A stretch of DNA of 42,606 nucleotides from the NCBI GenBank assembly GCA_964426805.1, contig CAYRRY010000003.1:1-42606 (forward strand), written 5' to 3'. This document shows positions 1-8,547 of this stretch, one piece after another (the first letter of the stretch is position 1; each line of letters starts with the position of its first letter). The notes under the pieces are model-generated. The model saw nothing but the letters and a program-made list of their open reading frames with translations, was not told the DNA's origin and made no database searches. Source of the DNA: an uncultured Candidatus Saccharibacteria bacterium. GTDB lineage: Bacteria; Patescibacteriota; UBA1384; XYA2-FULL-43-10. Position numbers and translations under genes: made by a program.

Positions 1-146
1 GCTGTGATTTAGCCGCAGGCAGTGCCGGTAAAAAATTGACGAATACAAAGGCAACCGCACAGCGAGGTGACTTTATAACATTAGCCGGAAACATCACAGG
101 TTTTCAGATAGTCAACAAACGAGGAACCTGGGCGGTTGAGAGCTAA
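1..146 (+). CDS. 3' end of an unidentified gene (partial, enters from the left edge)
   Basis: Frame 3 is open from the window edge to TAA at 144-146 (...GDFITLAGNITGFQIVNKRGTWAVES*). No family recognised. Confidence 0.3.
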   Translation, partial: CDLAAGSAGKKLTNTKATAQRGDFITLAGNITGFQIVNKRGTWAVES

Positions 147-220
147 TTCGTAAAATTGAAAACTGAATAACGCAAAACGCAAATAGTTATAAGAAACAAT
201 AAATTTTTTGGAGATAAATT

Positions 221-1111
221 ATGCATGACGTAGCAATAATCGGCGGAGGAATAGCAGGACTAACATCTGCAATATACACAACTAGAAGGGAGCTTAAAAC
301 TGCTGTTATCTCGCTCAACCCCGGAGGGCAGATGGCCACAACACCAGACATTGAGAATTGGCCGGGTGAAGAAATGATAAACGGTGCAATGCTTTCAACA
401 AAAGTTCAAAAGCAGGCTCAAAAGTTTGGTGCCGAGATAAAAATGGGTATGGTAAGCAAGGTTGCAAAAATTAACAACGGTTTTGAAATCGAATTTGGAA
501 AAGAGAAAATCCAAGCCAAATCCCTGATTCTGTCATACGGCAAATTGCCCAGAAAACTAAATATTCCAAACGAAAAAGAGCTCGAGGGAAAAGGTATATC
601 TTACTGTATTAACTGTGATGGTCAATTTTTCAAAGGCAAAGATGTCGCTATAATTGGCGGCGGAAATTCCGCTTTGGAAGCTGCAATCACTATGTCAACC
701 ATCGGAGACAAGATATACTTAATACACAGAAAAGATGAATTCCGTGGTGAGAAAATACTAATTGAAAAAGTTAAGAGTCTCAAAAACATAGAATTGATTC
801 TGAATGACGAGATAACAAAAATTGAAGGTAGCGAAAAACTTGAAAAAGTGATCACAAAAAATGGGAAAGAACTTCTGGTCTCTGGACTTTTTGTAGAGAT
901 CGGCTACGTGGCAGATTCCAGCATTGTATCAGACTTGGTTGATGTCGACGACAGCAATCTAATTAAAGTAAACGTCAACCAGGAAACTTCCCAAAAAGGC
1001 GTCTTTGCTGCTGGTGACATTACTGATCAACCCTTTCAGCAATTAGTTATTGCGTCTGGTCAAGGAGCTACAGCAGCACTTTCAGCTTTCAAATATTTAC
1101 AATCCATTTAG
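221..1111 (+). CDS. trxB: Thioredoxin-disulfide reductase
   Basis: N-terminal FAD motif IIGGGIAGL, redox CxxC (CINCDG), NAD(P)H motif GGGNSALEAA followed by HRKDEFR, and C-terminal GDITD. GGAGA Shine-Dalgarno (SD) site upstream. Confidence 0.9.
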   Translation: MHDVAIIGGGIAGLTSAIYTTRRELKTAVISLNPGGQMATTPDIENWPGEEMINGAMLSTKVQKQAQKFGAEIKMGMVSKVAKINNGFEIEFGKEKIQAKSLILSYGKLPRKLNIPNEKELEGKGISYCINCDGQFFKGKDVAIIGGGNSALEAAITMSTIGDKIYLIHRKDEFRGEKILIEKVKSLKNIELILNDEITKIEGSEKLEKVITKNGKELLVSGLFVEIGYVADSSIVSDLVDVDDSNLIKVNVNQETSQKGVFAAGDITDQPFQQLVIASGQGATAALSAFKYLQSI

Positions 1112-1200
1112 TTTTGTGAACAATTGGTTTAATGATAAAATAGAATTAACAGCAAAATAGTTGACGCATTTTTCATATATTAAATATCTTGGAGGGATAG

Positions 1201-2418
1201 ATGGATTTGGAAATAAAAAGCACAGAAGAGGGAAGGAAACCAAAAAGAAACCTTGAAAAGCGCATAGCAGATCTCAAAAGAAGATTTACTGAATTTTTCA
1301 AAAACCCCAAAAAACGCTTACTCTTTATTATAATCTCGGGAGTAGTCCTGATAGCTCTTTTTGCTATAGGTTTTTATTTTCTAACTCACGAGGATTACCA
1401 GATATTTCCCGACAAGGATCCTTTGATAGACGAAGAGGAGGATGCCGAGGTTCTATACGAAGCAATTTTGGACGGAGTGATGACAGACGCTGATTCGGCC
1501 AGCAAGCATCCTTTGGCTATAATGGTTGAAAACCATACTCAGGCAAGACCTCAGTCAGGATTGATAAAGGCAAGCGTTGTCTACGAGGCTATCGCAGAAG
1601 GAGGAATCACAAGATTTATGGGGGTTTTTGGAACAAATGAAGCTGAAATTGTGGGACCAGTTCGTTCAGCTAGACCATATTATGTTGATTGGGCTGAGGG
1701 ATACGACGCCTACTATGCCCACGTTGGCGGCAATGCTACCGCACTCGATCAAATCAGGGCTGATGCCGTTCTTGATCTTAATCAATTTTCATACACCGCT
1801 CCTTATTGGAGAGATCGAAGTTTGAACGTTTCGTCCGAACACACTATGTTTACCTCCACTTCAAAGCTACGAATTCAAGCAAACGAAAACGGATATTCAA
1901 CTGCAAATAATTTCAATAAATACAAATTCAAAGATGATCCAGAGAAGGGAACTAACGAAGCCCTGTCCTTGCCACAAACGCAGAAAATTTCAGTTGACAT
2001 CTCTTCTTATAACTACAACGTCTATTTCGAATATGATAAAGAAAACAATTGCTACAAACGTTTCATGGCTAATAAGTCTCACAATGATAGAACATCCGGT
2101 GACCAGATTACGCCTAAAAACATTGCCATTATGACAGTAAACAGAGCTCCGCACACAACTAGAATAAATGAGAATGGTTGGTTGATGGATACAGTTGGCA
2201 CAGGTGACGCTACAATATTTGTAGATGGCAAAGAGATATCAGGTAGCTGGAAAAAAAGTTCCAAGTCCGACCGAGAGATATTTTACGATCAAGACGGAAA
2301 AGAGATTATCTTCAACCGAGGACAACTTTGGATTACAGTGATTCCTCCAGGCTCCTCTTTTTTAGTCGAAACCACACCAGCAGCCGACATTGAAACCGAC
2401 ACCTTTGGAAATGAATGA
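1201..2418 (+). CDS. DUF3048 (YerB-like) membrane-anchored protein
   Basis: N-terminal TM helix. Block HPLAIMVENHTQARPQSGL..VVYEAIAEGGITRFMGVF..GPVRSARPYY is typical of the DUF3048 family. GGAGGG SD. Confidence 0.7.
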   Translation: MDLEIKSTEEGRKPKRNLEKRIADLKRRFTEFFKNPKKRLLFIIISGVVLIALFAIGFYFLTHEDYQIFPDKDPLIDEEEDAEVLYEAILDGVMTDADSASKHPLAIMVENHTQARPQSGLIKASVVYEAIAEGGITRFMGVFGTNEAEIVGPVRSARPYYVDWAEGYDAYYAHVGGNATALDQIRADAVLDLNQFSYTAPYWRDRSLNVSSEHTMFTSTSKLRIQANENGYSTANNFNKYKFKDDPEKGTNEALSLPQTQKISVDISSYNYNVYFEYDKENNCYKRFMANKSHNDRTSGDQITPKNIAIMTVNRAPHTTRINENGWLMDTVGTGDATIFVDGKEISGSWKKSSKSDREIFYDQDGKEIIFNRGQLWITVIPPGSSFLVETTPAADIETDTFGNE

Positions 2419-2463
2419 TATTTATTAATTTATTGGAATAATTTAACTCCCAAGGGAGGAAAT

Positions 2464-3789
2464 ATGGCGAAAATAAAAGAGGTTAAAGCTTATGAAGTTT
2501 TGGACTCCAGAGCTAATCCAACCGTAGCTACAAGAGTAGTTTTGGATGATGGTTCAACCGATACTGGATATGTGGCCTCTGGAGCCTCTACGGGCAAATA
2601 TGAGGCTTTGGAGCTTCGAGATGGTGACAATAAACGCTATGGAGGAAAAGGCGTTACAAAGGCTATCCAAAACGTAAATGAGACTATTTCTCAGGCCGTA
2701 ATAGGCTTGGATGCTAACGATCAACAAGCATTAGACGAGAAAATGATCCAGCTTGACGGAACTGAGAATAAATCTAAGCTAGGTGCAAATGCTATTCTTT
2801 CTGTCTCTCTGGGAGCTGCTAAAGCATCTGCTTGGAGCAACAAGCTAGAACTCTACGACTATTTGGCTCAACTCATGGGCGAGAAAACTGATAAATTCAA
2901 AATTCCAATCCCATTTCTAAATATATTAAACGGTGGAAAACACGCTGTGGGTTCTACAGACTTTCAGGAGTTTATGATAGTGCCGGTTAAATTTGAATCA
3001 TTTAGTAAAGCAATCCAAGCTGGTGCAGAGATATATCACAGCTTAGGAGAAATACTGAAAGAAAGAAGCTATCAACCCTTGGTTGGTGACGAGGGAGGCT
3101 TTGCTCCGGCTCTTTTTTCAAATGAACAAGCCATGGAACTTCTGATGATGGCTATTAAGGAGGCTGGATACCATGCGGGAGAAGAGGTTTTTATCGCCCT
3201 AGACCCGGCTGCCTCTGCTTTCTATTCTGAAGATATTTATCAACTTCACAGAGAAAATCGGTCATTGACAACAGATGAAATGGTCGCATTTTATGAAACC
3301 TGGGTAGAAAAATTCCCGATAATTTCGATTGAAGACGGCTTAGCCGAGGAAGACTGGACTGGCTGGGGAGAGTTAACCAAGAGACTGGCAGGACGCGTTC
3401 AAACTATCGGTGATGATCTGTACGCAACCGACAAAAAGCTACTTCAAAAGGGGATCGATCACAAATCAAGTACTGGGATTCTGATCAAACCAAATCAAAT
3501 TGGAACTTTGACCGAAACAGTAGAAACGATACGTATAGCCAAAAAAGCAGGGATGAAATCGATTATCTCTCACCGATCAGGAGAAACCTCAGATTCTTTC
3601 ATAGCTGACCTTGCTGTGGCCTGTGGTTGTGGAGTTTTGAAATCTGGAGCGCCAGCTAGATCTGATCGAAGCGCTAAATACAATCGATTGTTAGAGATAG
3701 AGAGTAGATTTAGCGACAAATGTGAATTCGCTAAGTGGGAGGGAATAGAAAAAAACGAACAGGACAAAGTCCCACATATAGACATGTAG
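2464..3789 (+). CDS. eno: Enolase (phosphopyruvate hydratase)
   Basis: Full-length match to the enolase pattern (VLDSRANPTV..., GDEGGFAP, IKPNQIGTLTET, SHRSGET). GGGAGG SD. Confidence 0.97.
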   Translation: MAKIKEVKAYEVLDSRANPTVATRVVLDDGSTDTGYVASGASTGKYEALELRDGDNKRYGGKGVTKAIQNVNETISQAVIGLDANDQQALDEKMIQLDGTENKSKLGANAILSVSLGAAKASAWSNKLELYDYLAQLMGEKTDKFKIPIPFLNILNGGKHAVGSTDFQEFMIVPVKFESFSKAIQAGAEIYHSLGEILKERSYQPLVGDEGGFAPALFSNEQAMELLMMAIKEAGYHAGEEVFIALDPAASAFYSEDIYQLHRENRSLTTDEMVAFYETWVEKFPIISIEDGLAEEDWTGWGELTKRLAGRVQTIGDDLYATDKKLLQKGIDHKSSTGILIKPNQIGTLTETVETIRIAKKAGMKSIISHRSGETSDSFIADLAVACGCGVLKSGAPARSDRSAKYNRLLEIESRFSDKCEFAKWEGIEKNEQDKVPHIDM

Positions 3790-3811
3790 ATTATTTAGAT
3801 TGTTCTATACG

Positions 3812-3848
3812 AAAAGAGCCACATCGCATGACATGGCTCTTTTCTTTA
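3812..3848. terminator. Bidirectional intrinsic terminator between convergent eno and the transglycosylase gene
   Basis: 10-bp perfect stem aaaagagcca/tggctctttt (3812-3821 with 3834-3843), flanked by A and T runs. Confidence 0.6.
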
Positions 3849-3867
3849 TGTATCTGACTTAATATCG

Positions 3868-4596
3868 TTAGAATCCAAGCGAAGTAGCAACTTCCATCAC
3901 CTTGTAGTAATAACTAGTTGATCTGTTGTAGCCCCACAATGCACTTTTTACATCCGGGTAACCACAGGCAGACAAATATCTAGCTGCAGAAAAAACTGCG
4001 TCTTCTACGTTTGTGATATCAGCCGTACCGTCACCATTTCCATCTACTCCGTAAGATCTCCAGGTGGATGGCAGAAACTGCATAGGGCCTACTGCGCCAG
4101 CGTATGAGCTTTTTGAAGTAGAGCCTGAACACCCAGTCTCGACATAGTGAACAGCCTTCAAAATTCTCCAGTCTACACCATATACAGCCTCTGCTCTCTG
4201 ATATATCTCATCAAAGTTGGAAGGATCATTGTATATTTTTGTAGATCTAGTAGAAACTGTATCAGCAGACTCTGCTGATATTTTCAGCTGAGAAAGCTCA
4301 AGAGACTTGGCAATTGCCTCGGCTTCGGCCTGTTCTCTAGCTTCTCGCTCTATTTTGGACTCACCAGGTATAATTTCAACCTTAGAATTTTCAAGAACTA
4401 AAAGCTCATGAGAGTCGGTATTTAGTTTTATTTTAGTCTCATTACTTTCCTCAGTAGCATTTGTTATGCTTAGAGGCAACATTGTCGCTATAGCTAGCGA
4501 TATGGCCAATCTCTTAGCAATATCACTTTTTCCCTTCAATCTCTCTAAAAGAGCGATTTTTAGGTTTTTCACATTACTATCTGGAACTTGGACCAA
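3868..4596 (-). CDS. Secreted lytic transglycosylase (SLT_2/MltB-like domain)
   Basis: C-terminal block GAVGPMQFLPSTWRSYGVDGNGDGTADI..EDAVFSAARYL and an N-terminal signal-anchor (RLAISLAIATMLPLSITNA). The TTG start at 4596 is uncertain. Confidence 0.72.
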   Translation of the reverse strand: MVQVPDSNVKNLKIALLERLKGKSDIAKRLAISLAIATMLPLSITNATEESNETKIKLNTDSHELLVLENSKVEIIPGESKIEREAREQAEAEAIAKSLELSQLKISAESADTVSTRSTKIYNDPSNFDEIYQRAEAVYGVDWRILKAVHYVETGCSGSTSKSSYAGAVGPMQFLPSTWRSYGVDGNGDGTADITNVEDAVFSAARYLSACGYPDVKSALWGYNRSTSYYYKVMEVATSLGF

Positions 4597-4643
4597 GGCG
4601 TATTCAGGTATGTTTGGTCTTACCCCAGATACTCTTATTAATT

Positions 4644-4664
4644 AAAAAAACTCCCGAAAGGGAG
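4644..4664 (-). terminator. Intrinsic terminator (minus strand) just upstream of the transglycosylase gene
   Basis: Minus strand reads ctccc-tttc-gggag followed by seven U. Confidence 0.55.
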
Positions 4665-4675
4665 AATACTTCTCT

Positions 4676-4704
4676 AATATAGCATATATTTTAGGGTTTG
4701 TCAA
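4676..4704 (-). promoter_or_regulatory. Sigma-70-type promoter with extended -10
   Basis: Minus strand: TTGACA (4699-4704), 17-nt spacer ending in TGC, then TATATT (4676-4681). Confidence 0.5.
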
Positions 4705-4777
4705 GGGCTTTATTTTTTAAGCTCGCAGAGCATAAACCCAACGTGGTTTTGCGGTCAATACCCCCTATGATACAGTA

Positions 4778-4805
4778 GATGCGCGCCCAGAGTCGGGCGC
4801 GCATC
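4778..4805 (-). terminator. GC-rich hairpin downstream of the islet-1 secreted-protein gene
   Basis: 11-bp perfect stem gatgcgcgccc/gggcgcgcatc with a 6-nt loop. No U-run, so terminator function is inferred from position only. Confidence 0.4.
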
Positions 4806-4828
4806 CAGTTTCCAGTCGTCACCGCGAG

Positions 4829-5599
4829 CTAATGTCCAAACAGGACCAGCTCACCCTTTGCGATCTCGATCGCAAAGGGCTTTACTTCCCCCGAGTTTCT
4901 GTCTACTCGATGGAAGTAGGCGAACCCCAGACCTCTAATCAGGGGCCCCTTGTACTCCTCTCGGGTTGGGTAACGCACAGTGTACGTTCCTCCCGACTCC
5001 TTTTCTACAAGGTCAGATAGATGAAGGACGAAGTGGGTTTTGGGCTCAAGACCCAAAAACGCCAACTCCATCGCGTCTTCGATCATTTCCGATGGCAAGC
5101 CATAGCCATTCGCCATGGCATAGTCCACATCTGCCCAGCCAACGATGCCCTTGGCGATACGACTATAGACTTCACCGAACTTCGTGTAGTCTTCTGCGGG
5201 TGAAACCATTTTCGTCGTCACGAAGACCGCTTGGTCCACCCAGCACAAGTGTGGACTCTCCAAACAGTACAACATGACGATTGCCGTTCCTTCTCTCGCA
5301 GGGTAGAGAGTGAACCCCCCGGTTTCCTTGCGTACACCACCAGTAGAGCTCAAGCACAGTTCCCAGTTGCCAGGGACTGATACTTGGTTGCCGTCGAGGT
5401 CAAGCCAGACAGGCTCGACACTTGCGAAGAGAGACTTGCCTTCTTCAACGTCGAAAGTGTATATATCTTTGTCGAAGATGCGCGGCTGTGCGGCGTACTC
5501 CAAAGCGTCTGGGTAGACCGGCACAGCTCTTCGTTCCTGCGCCTGAGCGCAGATGGCAAACGAGAAGATAACGACAACCACAGCTGTAATTCTGTACAT
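4829..5599 (-). CDS. Secreted hypothetical protein (high-GC islet 1)
   Basis: The ORF track starts at 5650, but ATG at 5599 has AGGAGG 6 nt upstream. That start gives MYRITAVVVVIFSFAICAQAQE, a signal-peptide-like N-terminus. No family recognised. Confidence 0.7.
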   Translation of the reverse strand: MYRITAVVVVIFSFAICAQAQERRAVPVYPDALEYAAQPRIFDKDIYTFDVEEGKSLFASVEPVWLDLDGNQVSVPGNWELCLSSTGGVRKETGGFTLYPAREGTAIVMLYCLESPHLCWVDQAVFVTTKMVSPAEDYTKFGEVYSRIAKGIVGWADVDYAMANGYGLPSEMIEDAMELAFLGLEPKTHFVLHLSDLVEKESGGTYTVRYPTREEYKGPLIRGLGFAYFHRVDRNSGEVKPFAIEIAKGELVLFGH

Positions 5600-5712
5600 A
5601 ATTGGCCTCCTGGCCGTGGGGTCATGCCCCAGTTGATTGTGAAAATCCAAGTCGTATACGACGACTCAAGGAGAGAGCTTTTTGTCCCTCGCTTCAATCG
5701 TTGAAACAGTAC

Positions 5713-5741
5713 ATACTAGCACATACTTTATCATTTGTCAA
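5713..5741 (-). promoter_or_regulatory. Sigma-70-type promoter with extended -10 for the 4829-5599 gene
   Basis: Minus strand: TTGACA (5736-5741), 17-nt spacer ending in TGC, then TAGTAT (5713-5718). Confidence 0.5.
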
Positions 5742-5757
5742 TGCCTGGCTTTGCTCT

Positions 5758-5798
5758 CACACAAAACAAAACACCCTCCCGTGAAACACAGGGGAGGG
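5758..5798 (-). terminator. Intrinsic terminator after the 5851-6183 gene
   Basis: Minus strand: ccctcccc-tgtg-ttt-cacg-ggaggg hairpin followed by the U-rich tract tgttttgttttgt. Confidence 0.55.
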
Positions 5799-5850
5799 CT
5801 AGGTCAGTTCAATTCCACGATGACCCGATGAGGCCAAAGCGAGTCAATGG

Positions 5851-6183
5851 TCAGAAGGGAGAAAGTCCAATCGCGTCCGAAAGTCGACAAGCAACCACCG
5901 TCCCTATTGCCAATACTGTAGGTATCACCATCATCGCCAACATACGATCTTGCATGCCGCAATAATGACGGGTGGGTTTGCTTATCAACGCGTCCTCAGT
6001 CCTCTCCCTCAGAACGTAAGCCAGAACGATCAGTAACGTCAGCGAGATTGTCCAGAAAGCACACCCCGCAACGTTCGGGTCGACAGCATGCCCATGTCTG
6101 GCCATGAGTTGCCAAACAACGATAACCAACAACCCCACAGCCCCGAGCAGCGCCACTAGGGACAAACAAGTTTCCTTCTCCAC
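5851..6183 (-). CDS. Small integral membrane protein (about 3 TM, high-GC islet 1)
   Basis: GTG start. Hydrophobic segments are CLSLVALLGAVGLLVIVVW, CAFWTISLTLLIVLAYVL and MLAMMVIPTVLAIGTVVA. No family recognised. Confidence 0.5.
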   Translation of the reverse strand: MEKETCLSLVALLGAVGLLVIVVWQLMARHGHAVDPNVAGCAFWTISLTLLIVLAYVLRERTEDALISKPTRHYCGMQDRMLAMMVIPTVLAIGTVVACRLSDAIGLSPF

Positions 6184-6254
6184 AGGAAGCCCACCATCCT
6201 TTCGCTCAAGTTGTCCGCAACGATTGCGGAACTGTTCACGATATCACACAATTA

Positions 6255-6283
6255 AGTATATGTCACTATTATTAGCATGTCTA
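6255..6283 (-). promoter_or_regulatory. Candidate promoter for the 5851-6183 gene
   Basis: Minus strand: TAGACA, 17-nt spacer, TATACT, in the AT-rich divergent intergenic region. Confidence 0.35.
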
Positions 6284-6313
6284 GATATTTGATTAATTTA
6301 GCGATGTGCGGTC

Positions 6314-6331
6314 TGCTATAATAAATTCATG
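6314..6331 (+). promoter_or_regulatory. Extended -10 promoter abutting the start codon (leaderless-type)
   Basis: TGcTATAAT (6314-6322), with ATG at 6329 only 6 nt later and no SD. Confidence 0.45.
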
Positions 6332-6757
6332 AGAGATAATGAGTGGTTAGAAAACAGGCTAGAGTACCTCCAGCGAAAGTATTTCGCTGATATTGATATT
6401 CCAAATACTCTCACCGTTAAGTTCGGTAGACGCGCTAAAACCAGGCTTGGAAGCATCAAAAAAGTATTTCCTAAATCACTTCTGGAACGAATGACGGGCA
6501 AGTTTGAGACTGAGATACTAATAACTGGCTTTTTTAGAGACGAACTTGTGCCTGAATATGTGATCGATGCAACTGTTGCTCACGAACTATGCCACTACGC
6601 TCACGGCTTCTCTTCTCCTTTGCCTCAGATCGCAAATCACCCGCACAGAGGCGGAATCGTCCACAAAGAGCTTCGAGAGCGGGGAATGGGGGAGATGGAA
6701 AAGAGACAGAAAAAGTGGATAAAGGACAAGTGGCAAAAATATATTAAATCTAAATAA
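6329..6757 (+). CDS. SprT-like/DUF45-like zinc metallopeptidase domain protein
   Basis: HExxH (HELCH), preceded by the SprT-like pattern FGRRAKTRLGS...I.I. Confidence 0.55.
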   Translation: MRDNEWLENRLEYLQRKYFADIDIPNTLTVKFGRRAKTRLGSIKKVFPKSLLERMTGKFETEILITGFFRDELVPEYVIDATVAHELCHYAHGFSSPLPQIANHPHRGGIVHKELRERGMGEMEKRQKKWIKDKWQKYIKSK

Positions 6758-6867
6758 AACCTTAACTGCACATAGGCGCAACTCAATGCTTGAAATAAGT
6801 TCACGTTTGGGGTATTATGCAGACAAGTAAATAACTTATCGACAAGGCTGTCATCTGACATTTTTGT

Positions 6868-7092
6868 TTGATATTACCCCGAAGGGTGGTGATAGTTTTG
6901 ATAGAAGTAAAGAAAAAGGGCAATGAAAGACTAGATGTAATGATCCGACGCTTTAACCGAGAGGTACAACAAAGTGGAGTTTTGACTATTGCCAAAGAAA
7001 AACGATTTTTCGAAAAACCTGCAAACAGACGAAAAGTTAGAGAATCAGCTCTTCGAAGAAATAAGATTCAAGCTATAAAACGAGGATATTAG
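6868..7092 (+). CDS. rpsU: 30S ribosomal protein S21
   Basis: IEVKKKGNERLDVMIRRFNREVQQSGVL...FEKPANRRK aligns with the S21 pattern. The true start is probably internal (GTG 6886 or TTG 6898). Confidence 0.85.
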   Translation: MILPRRVVIVLIEVKKKGNERLDVMIRRFNREVQQSGVLTIAKEKRFFEKPANRRKVRESALRRNKIQAIKRGY

Positions 7093-7152
7093 TTTAGGCG
7101 TTAGGAGCTATAAATTAGGTTCTTAGGTTGAAGCATAATATTGTGAGGTACT

Positions 7153-7596
7153 ATGACATTAGTTGATGATATCAATAAAGACTTTCTAGAGGCCTACAAG
7201 GCAAAAGACGAGACAAAATCGTCTGTTTTGAGGATACTTAAAGGAAATTTACAATCCGCAGAGAAGGAAAAAGGGTCAGCTCTCACAGACGAAGAGACGG
7301 CCAAGATCGTCCAGAAAGAAGCGAAACAGCGGAATGAATCGATATCAGAGTTCAAAAAAGGCGAACGTGATGATTTGGCAGAGAAAGAAGCAGCTGAATT
7401 AAAAATTTTGGAAATATATCTCCCCGAACAGATGAGTGAAGATGAGATAAAAAAAACAGTAGAAGAAACTATCGCCGAAGAGGGGGCAAAAAGCAAAGCC
7501 GATATGGGCAAAGTTATGGGCGCGGTTATGCCGAAAGTTGCCGGCAAGGCAGATGGTGGCCAAGTTTCTAAAACGGTTAATGAGCTTTTAGCTTAA
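7153..7596 (+). CDS. yqeY: GatB/YqeY domain protein
   Basis: Typical YqeY sequence (AYKAKDE..VLR.LK, LTDEE...KQR.ES...GR.DL...E..ILE.YLP, MGKVMG..MPK..GKADG). rpsU-yqeY synteny as in Firmicutes. Confidence 0.85.
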   Translation: MTLVDDINKDFLEAYKAKDETKSSVLRILKGNLQSAEKEKGSALTDEETAKIVQKEAKQRNESISEFKKGERDDLAEKEAAELKILEIYLPEQMSEDEIKKTVEETIAEEGAKSKADMGKVMGAVMPKVAGKADGGQVSKTVNELLA

Positions 7597-8547
7597 ATGA
7601 AAACAAAAAAATACGAAAAAAATTACTTCTTGGTTTCAATTTCCGTTCTAACTGTAGTTAGCTTTCTCTTCTTTCTCATAACTTTCTCGATCGCCCGAGC
7701 CTCTGACATCTCTCCTTCTTGGGCGATTTTGTTATTAATACTCCTTTCTCTAGGATTGGCTTTTTTAATCTCCTTTGGATACATCTGGTTTAGCCAAACT
7801 CTCTCAGACGCCATGATGATTTTCCGCCGACGTTTACACTGGAACAGCCTGACCAATCCACTGCTTTTGAGACTTTCAGAAGAAGCTCCGGGGACCTATC
7901 ATCATTCGATTATGGTTTCAAACATTGCCCAAAAAGCATGCCGAGCCATAGGTGTTGATTCGCTGCTAGTTCGAACCGCAGCTTATTATCACGACATAGG
8001 AAAACTTGAAGAGCCTCTGTCCTACGTAGAGAACCAGGCAGATGTAGAAATACCGAGTGATGAAAATGCAGCAACCATACGAAAAAACGCTAAAATAATA
8101 ATCTCACACGTCAAAAAAGGCATAAAAATTGCTAATGAAAATAATATGCCAGAAGATATGATCGACCTCATCTCTGAACATCACGGAACAACTAGAACTC
8201 TATTTTTCTACGAAAGAGCCAGAGACAGGGGACTTAAAATCAAAAAAACTGATTTTCGCTACCCGGGACCCATACCCCAAACTAAGGAATCAGTAATTCT
8301 GATGTTGGCTGACTGTGTAGAGGCAACTGCTCGCGCCTATGAATCACTCTCTAAAACGGATATCGACAATATCGTTTCTAGCTCCATAGAGGAGCGCCTC
8401 TCTGACAATCAGTTTAAAAATGCTAACCTTTCTGAATCTGAACTTGCCAAAATACGTGCTTCACTTATCGAGTCCTTAAACTCAATTTATCACCAAAGAA
8501 TCAGATACATAAAAGAAGAAAATGAATCAAATTCAGATTCCAAATAA
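7597..8547 (+). CDS. HD/HDIG-domain membrane phosphohydrolase (short PgpH/YqfF-like)
   Basis: Two N-terminal TM helices, then GTYHHS..YYHDIGK..SEHHGT..FRYPGP.P...E..I.MLAD, as in the 7TMR-HD family. Position upstream of ybeY matches Firmicute synteny. Confidence 0.78.
   Translation: MKTKKYEKNYFLVSISVLTVVSFLFFLITFSIARASDISPSWAILLLILLSLGLAFLISFGYIWFSQTLSDAMMIFRRRLHWNSLTNPLLLRLSEEAPGTYHHSIMVSNIAQKACRAIGVDSLLVRTAAYYHDIGKLEEPLSYVENQADVEIPSDENAATIRKNAKIIISHVKKGIKIANENNMPEDMIDLISEHHGTTRTLFFYERARDRGLKIKKTDFRYPGPIPQTKESVILMLADCVEATARAYESLSKTDIDNIVSSSIEERLSDNQFKNANLSESELAKIRASLIESLNSIYHQRIRYIKEENESNSDSK

Noticed and set aside
5350-5704. Overlapping ORFs 5350-5697 (minus strand) and 5384-5704 (plus strand) in islet 1.
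   Set aside because: They overlap the better-supported 4829-5599 gene, which has an SD, a signal peptide and a terminator. They have no translation signals of their own.
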